Positions 54,301 through 64,000 of a stretch of 64,000 nt of DNA are shown piece after piece; the stretch's first letter is position 1; each line of letters begins with the position of its first letter. The notes beneath the pieces are model-generated. The model saw nothing but the letters and a program-made list of their open reading frames with translations, did not search any database and had not been told where the DNA came from. Location of the stretch: the NCBI RefSeq assembly GCF_009914755.1, contig NC_060934.1; one strand, written 5' to 3'. Both the position numbers and the translations under genes were made by a program. Origin of the DNA: the human T2T-CHM13v2.0 reference genome, Homo sapiens.

Positions 54301-57300
54301 CTCTATTTGTAAAGTCTGCAAGTGGATATTTGGACCTCTTTGAGGCCTTCGTTGGAAACGGGATTTCTTCATATAACGCTAGACAGAAGAATTCTCAGTA
54401 ACTTCTTTGTGTTGTGTGTATTCAACTCATAGAGTTGAACCTTTCTTTAGAGGGAGCAGAGGTGAAACACTCTTTTTGTGGAATTTGCTAGTGTAGATTT
54501 CAAACGCTTCGAAGACAGTGATAGAAAAGGATATATCTTCGTATTAAAAGTACACAAAATCATTCTCAGAAAACTCTTTGTGATGTGTGTGTTCAACTCA
54601 CAGAGTTTAACCTTTCTTTAATCGAGCAGTTTGGAAATACACTCTTTGTAAGTCTGCAGGTGGATATTTGGCCCTCTTTGAGCCCTTCGTTGGAAACGGG
54701 ATTTCCTCATATAATGCTAGACAGAAGAATTCTCAGTAACTTCTTTGTGTTGTTTGTATTCAACACACAGATTTGAACCTTCCTTTAGAGAGAGCAGATT
54801 TGAAACACTCTGTTTTTGGAATTTGCAAGTGCAGATTTCAAGCGCTTCTAGGCCTATGGCAGAAAAGGAAATATCTTCGTATAAAAACTACACAGAATCA
54901 TTCTCAACAACTACTTTGTGATGTGTGCGTTCAACTCACAGAGGTTAACCTTTCTTTTCATAGAGCAGTTTGGAAACACTCTGTTTGTAAAGCCTGCAAG
55001 TGCTTTTTTGGACTTCATTGAGGCCTTCGTTGGAAACGGGATTTCTTCATACAACGCTAGACAGAAGAATTCTCAGTAACTTCTTTGTGTTGTGTGTATT
55101 CAACTCACAGAGTTGAACCTTTCTTTAGAGAGAACAGAGTTGAAACACTCTGTTTTTGGAATTTGCAAGTGCAGATTTCAAGCGATTCTAGGCCTATGGC
55201 AGAAAAGAAAATATCTTCGTATAAAAACTACACAGAATCATTCTCAACAACTACTTTGTGATGTGTGCGTTAAACTCACAGAGTTTAACCTTTCTTTTCA
55301 TAGAGCAGTTTGGAAACACTCTGTTTGTAAAGCCTGCAAGTGCTTTTTTGGACTTCATTGAGGCCTTCGTTGGAAACGGGATTTCTTCATATAATGCTAG
55401 ACAGAAGAATTCTCAGTCACTTCTTTGTGTTGTGTGTATTCAAGTCACAGAGTTGAACCTTCCTTTAGACAGAGCAGTTTTGAAAAATTCTTTCTGTGGA
55501 ATTTGCAAGTGGAGATTTCAAGCGATTTGAGGCTAATCTTTGAAATGGAAATATCTTCGTGTAAAAACTACACAGAATCATTCTCAGAAACTGCTTTGTC
55601 ATCTGTGCGTTCAGTTCACAGAGTTTCACCTTTCTCTTCATAGAGCAGTTTGGAAAGACTCTGTCTGTAAAGTCTGCAAGTGATTAGTTAGACCCCTTTG
55701 AGGCCTTCGTTGGAAGTGGGATTTCTCATTTACTGCTAGACAGAAGAATTCTCAGTAAATCCTTTGTGTTGTGTGTATTCAACTCACAGAGTGGAACCTT
55801 CCTTTATTCAGAGCAGTTTTGAAACACTCTTTTTGTGGAATTTGCAAGTGGAGATTTCAAGCGATTTGACGCCAATCTTAGACATGGAAATATCTTCATA
55901 TTAAAAGTACACAGAATCATTCGTAGAAACTAGTTTGTGATGTGTGCCTTCAACTCACAGAGTTTAACCTTTCTTTTCATAGAGCAGTTCGGAAACATTC
56001 TATTTGTAAAGTCTGCAAGTGGATATTTGGACCTCTTTGAGGCCTTCGTTGGAAAAGGGATTTCTTCATATAACGCTAGACAGAAGAATTCTCAGTAACT
56101 TCTTTGTGTTGTGTGTATTCAACTCACAGAGTTGAACCTTTCTTTAGAGAGAGCAGAGTTGAAACACTCTTTTTGTGGAATTTGCTAGTGCAGATTTCAA
56201 ACGCTTCGAAGACAGTGATAGAAAAGGATATATCTTCGTATTAAAACTAGACAAAATCATTCTCAGAAAACACTTTGTGATGTGTGTGTTCAACTCACAG
56301 AGTTTAACCTTTCTTTAATCGAGCAGTTTGGAAATACCCTCTTTGTAAGTCTGCAGGTGGATATTTGGCCCTCTTTGAGCCCTTCTTTGGAAACGGGATT
56401 TCCTCTTATAATGCTAGACAGAAGAATTCTCAGTAACTTCTCTGTGTTGTTTGTATTCAACACACAGATTTGAACCTTCCTTTAGAGAGAGCAGATTTGA
56501 AACACTCTGTTTTTGGAATTTGCAAGTGCAGATTTCAAGCACTTCTAGGCCTATGGCAGAAAAGGAAATATCTTCGTATAAAAACTACACAGAATCATTC
56601 TCAACAACTACTTTGTGATGTGTGCGTTCAACTCACAGAGTTTAACCTTTCTTTTCATAGAGCAGTTTGGAAACACTCTGTAAAGCCTGCAAGTGCTTTT
56701 TTGGACTTCATTGAGGCCTTCGTTGGAAACGGGATTTCTTCATACAACGCTAGACAGAAGAATTCTCAGTAACTTCTTTGTGTTGTGTGTATTCAACTCA
56801 CAGAGTTGAACCTTTCTTTAGAGAGAGCAGAGTTGAAACACTCTGTTTTTGGAATTTGCAAGTGCAGATTTCAAGCGATTCTAGGCCTATGGCAGAAAAG
56901 TAAATATCTTCGTATAAAAACTACACAGAATCATTCTCAACAACTACTTTGTGATGTGTGCGTTAAACTCACAGAGTTTAACCTTTCTTTTCATAGAGCA
57001 GTTTGGAAACACTCTGTTTGTAAAGCCTGCAAGTGCTTTTTTGGACTTCATTGAGGCCTTCGTTGGAAACGGGATTTCTTCATATAATGCTAGACAGAAG
57101 AATTCTCAGTCACTTCTTTGTGTTGTGTGTATTCAAGTCACAGAGTTGAACCTTCCTTTAGACAGAGCAGTTTTGAAAAATTCTTTCTGTGGAGTTTGCA
57201 AGTGGAGATTTCCAGCGATTTGAGGCTAATCTTTGAAATGGAAATATCTTCGTGTAAAAACTACACAGAATCATTCTCAGAAACTGCTTTGTCATCTGTG

Positions 57301-57438
57301 CGTTCAGTTCACAGAGTTTCACCTTTCTCTTCATAGAGCAGTTTGGAAAGACTCTGTCTGTAAAGTCTGCAAGTGATTAGTTAGACCCCTTTGAGGCCTT
57401 CGTTGGAAGCGGGATTTCTCATTTACTGCTAGACAGAA
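51334..57438 (+). repeat. ~6 kb block paralogous to ~8241-14345 (offset 43,093 bp)
   Basis: Same dimer order and same rare variants: cacagggttg, tagaaccc, ctcatag, aagtacacaaaa, gagaacag, variant C/D pair, ataccct and the 4-bp deletion cactctgtaaag. ORF starts pair exactly (10302/53395, 13377/56470, 13692/56785). Confidence 0.9.
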
Positions 57439-60154
57439 GAATTCTCAGTAAATCCTTTGTGTTGTGTGTATTCAACTCACAGAGTGGAACCTTCCTTTAT
57501 TCAGAGCAGTTTTGAAAAACACTTTTTGTGGAATTTGCAAGTGGAGATTTCAAGCGATTTGACGCCAATCTTAGACATGGAAATATCTTCATATTAAAAG
57601 TACACAGAGTCATTCGTAGAAACTAGTTTGTGATGTGTGCCTTCAACTCACAGAGTTTAACCTTTCTTTTCATAGAGCAGTTTGGAAACACTCTATTTGT
57701 AAAGTCTGCAAGTGGATATTTGGACCTCTTTGAGGCCTTCGTTGGAAACGGGATTTCTTCATATAACGCTAGACAGAAGAATTCTCAGTAACTTCTTTGT
57801 GTTGTGTGTATTCAACTCACAGAGTTGAACCTTTCTTTAGAGAGAGCAGAGTTGAAACACTCTGTTTTTGGAATTTGCAAGTGGAGATTTCAAGCGATTC
57901 TAGGCCTATGGCAGAAAAGGAAATATCTTCGTATAAAAACTACACAGAATCATTCTCAACAACTACTTTGTGATGTGTGCGTTCAACTCACAGAGTTTAA
58001 CCTTTCTTTTCATAGAGCAGTTTGGAAACACTCTGTTTGTAAAGCCTGCAAGTGCTTTTTTGGACTTCATTGAGGCCTTCGTTGGAAACGGGATTTCTTC
58101 ATATAATGCTAGACAGAAGAATTCTCAGTCACTTCTTTGTGTTGTGTGTATTCAAGTCACAGAGTTGAACCTTCCTTTAGACAGAGCAGTTTTGAAAAAT
58201 TCTTTCTGTGTAATTTGCAAGTGGAGATTTCAAGCGATTTGAGGCTAATCTTTGAAATGGAAATATCTTCGTGTAAAAACTACACAGAATCATTCTCAGA
58301 AACTGCTTTGTCATCTGTGCGTTCAGTTCACAGAGTTTCACCTTTCTCTTCATAGAGCAGTTTGGAAAGACTCTGTCTGTAAAGTCTGCAAGTGATTAGT
58401 TAGACCCCTTTAAGGCCTTCGTTGGAAGCGGGATTTCTCATTTACTGCTAGACAGAAGAATTCTCAGTAAGTCCTTTGTGTTGTGTGTATTCAACTCACA
58501 GAGTGGAACCTTCCTTTATTCAGAGCAGTTTTGAAACACTCTTTTTGTGGAATTTGCAAGTGTAGATTTCAAGCGATTTGACGCCAATCTTAGACATGGA
58601 AATATCTTCATATTAAAAGTACACAGAGTCATTCGTAGAAACTAGTTTGTGATGTGTGCCTTCAACTCACAGAGTTTAACCTTTCTTTTCATAGAGCAGT
58701 TGGGAAACACTCTATTTGTAAAGTCTGCAAGTGGATATTTGGACCTCTTTGAGGCCTTCGTTGGAAACGGGATTTCTTCATATAACGCTAGACAGAAGAA
58801 TTCTCAGTAACTTCTTTGTGTTGTGTGTATTCAACTCACAGAGTTGAACCTTTCTTTAGAGGGAGCAGAGGTGAAACAGTCTTTTTGTGGAATTTGCTAG
58901 TGTAGATTTCAAACGCTTCGAAGTCAGTGATAGAAAAGGATATATCTTCGTATTAAAAGTAGACAAAATCATTCTCAGAAAACTCTTTGTGATGTGTGTG
59001 TTCAACTCACAGAGTTTAACCTTTCTTTAATCGAGCAGTTTCGAAATACACTCTTTGTAATTCTGCAGGTGGATATTTGGCCCTCTTTGAGCCCTTCTTT
59101 GGAAACGGGATTTCCTCTTATAATGCTAGACAGAAGAATTCTCAGTAACTTCTCTGTGTTGTTTGTATTCAACACACAGATTTGAACCTTCCTTTAGAGA
59201 GAGCAGATTTGAAACACTCTGTTTTTGGAATTTGCAAGTGCAGATTTCAAGCGCTTCTAGGCCTATGGCAGAAAAGGAAATATCTTCGTATAAAAACTAC
59301 ACAGAATCATTCTCAACAACTACTTTGTGATGTGTGCGTTCAACTCACAGAGTTTAACCTTTCTTTTCATAGAGCAGTTTGGAAACACTCTGTTTGTAAA
59401 GCCTGCAAGTGCTTTTTTGGACTTCATTGAGGCCTTCGTTGGAAACGGGATTTGTTCATACAACGCTAGACAGAAGATTTCTCAGTAACTTCTTTGTGTT
59501 GTGTGTATTCAACTCACAGAGTTGAACCTTTCTTTAGAGAGAGCAGAGTTGAAACACTCTGTTTTTGGAATTTGCAAGTGCAGATTTCAAGCGATTCTAG
59601 GCCTATGGCAGAAAAGGAAATATCTTCGTATAAAAACTACACAGAATCATTCTCAACAACTACTTTGTGATGTGTGCGTTAAACTCACAGAGTTTAACCT
59701 TTCTTTTCATAGAGCAGTTTGGAAACACTCTGTTTGTAAAGCCTGCAAGTGCTTTTTTGGACTTCATTGAGGCCTTCGTTGGAAACGGGATTTCTTCATA
59801 TAATGCTAGACAGAAGAATTCTCAGTCACTTCTTTGTGTTGTGTGTATTCAAGTCACAGAGTTGAACCTTCCTTTAGACAGAGCAGTTTTGAAAAATTCT
59901 TTCTGTGGAGTTTGCAAGTGGAGATTTCCAGCGATTTGAGGCTAATCTTTGAAATGGAAATATCTTCGTGTAAAAACTACACAGAATCATTCTCAGAAAC
60001 TGCTTTGTCATCTGTGCGTTCAGTTCACAGAGTTTCACCTTTCTCTTCATAGAGCAGTTTGGAAAGACTCTGTCTGTAAAGTCTGCAAGTGATTAGTTAG
60101 ACCCCTTTGAGGCCTTCGTTGGAAGCGGGATTTCTCATTTACTGCTAGACAGAA

Positions 60155-63100
60155 GAATTCTCAGTAAATCCTTTGTGTTGTGTGTATTCAACTCACAGAG
60201 TGGAACCTTCCTTTATTCAGAGCAGTTTTGAAAAACACTTTTTGTGGAATTTGCAAGTGGAGATTTCAAGCGATTTGACGCCAATCTTAGACATGGAAAT
60301 ATCTTCATATTAAAAGTACACAGAGTCATTCGTAGAAACTAGTTTGTGATGTGTGCCTTCAACTCACAGAGTTTAACCTTTCTTTTCATAGAGCAGTTTG
60401 GAAACACTCTATTTGTAAAGTCTGCAAGTGGATATTTGGACCTCTTTGAGGCCTTCGTTGGAAACGGGATTTCTTCATACAACGCTAGACAGAAGAATTC
60501 TCAGTAACTTCTTTGTGTTGTGTATATTCAACTCACAGGGTTGAACCTTTCTTTAGAGAGAGCAGAGTTGAAACACTCTGTTTTTGGAATTTGCAAGTGC
60601 AGATTTCAAGCGATTCTAGGCCTATGGCAGAAAAGGAAATATCTTCGTATAAAAACTACACAGAATCATTCTCAACAACTACTTTGTGATGTGTGCGTTC
60701 AACTCACAGAGTTTAACCTTTCTTTTCATAGAGCAGTTTGGAAACACTCTGTTTGTAAAGCCTGCAAGTGCTTTTTTGGACTTCATTGAGGCCTTCGTTG
60801 GAAACGGGATTTCTTCATATAATGCTAGACAGAAGAATTCTCAGTCACTTCTTTGTGTTGTGTGTATTCAAGTCACAGAGTTGAACCTTCCTTTAGACAG
60901 AGCAGTTTTGAAAAATTCTTTCTGTGTAATTTGCAAGTGGAGATTTCAAGCGATTTGAGGCTAATCTTTGAAATGGAAATATCTTCGTGTAAAAACTACA
61001 CAGAATCATTCTCAGAAACTGCTTTGTCATCTGTGCGTTCAGTTCACAGAGTTTCACCTTTCTCTTCATAGAGCAGTTTGGAAAGACTCTGTCTGTAAAG
61101 TCTGCAAGTGATTAGTTAGAACCCTTTGAGGCCTTCGTTGGAAGCGGGATTTCTCATTTACTGCTAGACAGAAGAATTCTCAGTAAATCCTTTGTGTTGT
61201 GTGTATTCAACTCACAGAGTGGAACCTTCCTTTATTCAGAGCAGTTTTGAAACACTCTTTTTGTGGAATTTGCAAGTGGAGATTTCAAGCGATTTGACGC
61301 CAATCTTAAACATGGAAATATCTTCATATTAAAAGTACACAGAGTCATTCGTAGAAACTAGTTTGTGATGTGTGCCTTCAACTCACAGAGTTTAACCTTT
61401 CTTTTCATAGAGCAGTTGGGAAACACTCTATTTGTAAAGTCTGCAAGTGGATATTTGGACCTCTTTGAGGCCTTCGTTGGAAACGGGATTTCTTCATATA
61501 ACGCTAGACAGAAGAATTCTCAGTAACTTCTTTGTGTTGTGTGTATTCAACTCATAGAGTTGAACCTTTCTTTAGAGGGAGCAGAGGTGAAACACTCTTT
61601 TTGTGGAATTTGCTAGTGTAGATTTCAAACGCTTCGGAGACAGTGATAGAAAAGGATATATCTTCGTATTAAAAGTACACAAAATCATTCTCAGAAAACT
61701 CTTTGTGATGTGTGTGTTCAACTCACAGAGTTTAACCTTTCTTTAATCGAGCAGTTTGGAAATACACTCTTTGTAAGTCTGCAGGTGGATATTTGGCCCT
61801 CTTTGAGCCCTTCGTTGGAAACGGGATTTCCTCATATAATGCTAGACAGAAGAATTCTCAGTAACTTCTTTGTGTTGTTTGTATTCAACACACAGATTTG
61901 AACCTTCCTTTAGAGAGAGCAGATTTGAAACACTCTGTTTTTGGAATTTGCAAGTGCAGATTTCAAGCGCTTCTAGGCCTATGGCAGAAAAGGAAATATC
62001 TTCGTATAAAAACTACACAGAATCATTCTCAACAACTACTTTGTGATGTGTGCGTTCAACTCACAGAGGTTAACCTTTCTTTTCATAGAGCAGTTTGGAA
62101 ACACTCTGTTTGTAAAGCCTGCAAGTGCTTTTTTGGACTTCATTGAGGCCTTCGTTGGAAACGGGATTTCTTCATACAACGCTAGACAGAAGAATTCTCA
62201 GTAACTTCTTTGTGTTGTGTGTATTCAACTCACAGAGTTGAACCTTTCTTTAGAGAGAACAGAGTTGAAACACTCTGTTTTTGGAATTTGCAAGTGCAGA
62301 TTTCAAGCGATTCTAGGCCTATGGCAGAAAAGAAAATATCTTCGTATAAAAACTACACAGAATCATTCTCAACAACTACTTTGTGATGTGTGCGTTAAAC
62401 TCACAGAGTTTAACCTTTCTTTTCGTAGAGCAGTTTGGAAACACTCTGTTTGTAAAGCCTGCAAGTGCTTTTTTGGACTTCATTGAGGCCTTCGTTGGAA
62501 ACGGGATTTCTTCATATAATGCTAGACAGAAGAATTCTCAGTCACTTCTTTGTGTTGTGTGTATTCAAGTCACAGAGTTGAACCTTCCTTTAGACAGAGC
62601 AGTTTTGAAAAATTCTTTCTGTGGAATTTGCAAGTGGAGATTTCAAGCGATTTGAGGCTAATCTTTGAAATGGAAATATCTTCGTGTAAAAACTACACAG
62701 AATCATTCTCAGAAACTGCTTTGTCATCTGTGCGTTCAGTTCACAGAGTTTCACCTTTCTCTTCATAGAGCAGTTTGGAAAGACTCTGTCTGTAAAGTCT
62801 GCAAGTGATTAGTTAGACCCCTTTGAGGCCTTCGTTGGAAGCAGGATTTCTCATTTACTGCTAGACAGAAGAATTCTCAGTAAATCCTTTGTGTTGTGTG
62901 TATTCAACTCACAGAGTGGAACCTTCCTTTATTCAGAGCAGTTTTGAAACACTCTTTTTGTGGAATTTGCAAGTGGAGATTTCAAGCGATTTGACGCCAA
63001 TCTTAGACATGGAAATATCTTCATATTAAAAGTACACAGAATCATTCGTAGAAACTAGTTTGTGATGTGTGCCTTCAACTCACAGAGTTTAACCTTTCTT

Positions 63101-63800
63101 TTCATAGAGCAGTTCGGAAACATTCTATTTGTAAAGTCTGCAAGTGGATATTTGGACCTCTTTGAGGCCTTCGTTGGAAAAGGGATTTCTTCATATAACG
63201 CTAGACAGAAGAATTCTCAGTAACTTCTTTGTGTTGTGTGTATTCAACTCACAGAGTTGAACCTTTCTTTAGAGAGAGCAGAGTTGAAACACTCTTTTTG
63301 TGGAATTTGCTAGTGCAGATTTCAAACGCTTCGAAGACAGTGATAGAAAAGGATATATCTTCGTATTAAAACTAGACAAAATCATTCTCAGAAAACACTT
63401 TGTGATGTGTGTGTTCAACTCACAGAGTTTAACCTTTCTTTAATCGAGCAGTTTGGAAATACACTCTTTGTAAGTCTGCAGGTGGATAATTGGCCCTCTT
63501 TGAGCCCTTCTTTGGAAACGGGATTTCCTCTTATAATGCTAGACAGAAGAATTCTCAGTAACTTCTCTGTGTTGTTTGTATTCAACACACAGATTTGAAC
63601 CTTCCTTTAGAGAGAGCAGATTTGAAACACTCTGTTTTTGGAATTTGCAAGTGCAGATTTCAAGCACTTCTAGGCCTATGGCAGAAAAGGAAATATCTTC
63701 GTATAAAAACTACACAGAATCATTCTCAACAACTACTTTGTGATGTGTGCGTTCAACTCACAGAGTTTAACCTTTCTTTTCATAGAGCAGTTTGGAAACA
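60155..63800 (+). repeat. Third copy of part of the same block (offset 7125 bp from ~53030-56670)
   Basis: cacagggttg A' 60495/53370, D with ctcatag and gtacac 61514/54389, A' gagaacag with gttaaactc 62192/55067, and variant D 63211/56086. The A at 63549 lacks the 4-bp deletion. Confidence 0.88.
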
Positions 63801-64000
63801 CTCTGTTTGTAAAGCCTGCAAGTGCTTTTTTGGACTTCATTGAGGCCTTCGTTGGAAACGGGATTTCTTCATATAATGCTAGACAGAAGAATTCTCAGTC
63901 ACTTCTTTGTGTTGTGTGTATTCAAGTCACAGAGTTGAACCTTCCTTTAGACAGAGCAGTTTTGAAAAATTCTTTCTGTGGAATTTGCAAGTGGAGATTT

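Larger units (their letters stand above)
1..64000 (+). repeat. Alpha satellite HOR array, dimeric SF1 type (active-centromere-like), about 188 dimers / 376 monomers, single orientation
   Basis: Alphoid motifs (cattctcagaaact..tttgtgatgtgtg..ttcaactcacagagtt.aacctt, agagcagtttggaaacactct) recur every ~170 bp. GAATTC recurs every ~340 bp (98, 438, 778, 1116, 1455, 1795 ... 63889). A CENP-B box occurs in every second monomer, and equivalent dimers differ at only a few bases. Confidence 0.99.
1..64000 (+). other. Probable identity: human chromosome 10 centromeric array D10Z1 (S1C10H1L)
   Basis: SF1 dimeric array with coexisting 8-mer (1357 bp) and 6-mer (1019 bp) units. There is one RsaI site (GTAC) per C dimer and one PstI site (CTGCAG) per D dimer. 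This matches my recollection of the 6-mer/8-mer structure of D10Z1; no database alignment was run, and other SF1 arrays (e.g. chr12 8-mer) are not formally excluded. Confidence 0.8.

Noticed and set aside
144-63843. Roughly 190 short ORFs (63-101 aa), including Cys-rich CxxCxC-like peptides
   Set aside because: They are translations of satellite monomers recurring with the repeat period. Most begin at TTG/GTG, they are broken at random by substitutions and indels, and they show no recognisable domain or gene structure.
1-64000. CRISPR-like pattern of a constant motif with variable intervening sequence
   Set aside because: The intervening sequences are themselves repeats of five dimer types, not unique spacers, and no cas genes are present.
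1-64000. Transposon (L1/Alu) insertion or non-satellite island
   Set aside because: Dimer spacing of 336-340 bp is continuous from 98 to 63889, leaving no room for an insert. I saw no poly-A tail or target-site duplication.
1-64000. A previously undescribed gene-encoded biological system
   Set aside because: Everything is explained by a known class of centromeric repeat. Any novelty is limited to the array's variant structure and history, which may already be annotated in complete assemblies.

Overview
The whole 64 kb window is one uninterrupted, single-orientation array of primate (most likely human) centromeric alpha satellite. It is built from ~171-bp monomers arranged as ~340-bp dimers. 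One monomer of each dimer carries a CENP-B box and the other occupies the pJalpha-type position, which is the dimeric suprachromosomal family 1 pattern. The basic higher-order repeat (HOR) has four dimers, called here A, B, C and D (340+339+340+338 = 1357 bp, an 8-mer). A D/A hybrid dimer (A') produces a 1019-bp 6-mer. This 6-mer/8-mer organisation best fits the active chromosome 10 array (D10Z1 / S1C10H1L); that assignment is from recall, not from an alignment. I see no genes, transposon insertions or inversions, and all ORFs are repeat artefacts. I found no evidence for a new gene-based system. The notable content is array architecture: a 14-mer composite unit dominates, many structural variants occur, and there are nested recent tandem duplications (1.0 to 7.1 kb) plus a ~6 kb block repeated 43,093 bp away. 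There are also clustered dead CENP-B boxes and junctions concentrated around the CENP-B box/EcoRI tract. All mapping was done by eye, so coordinates of duplication ends are approximate.
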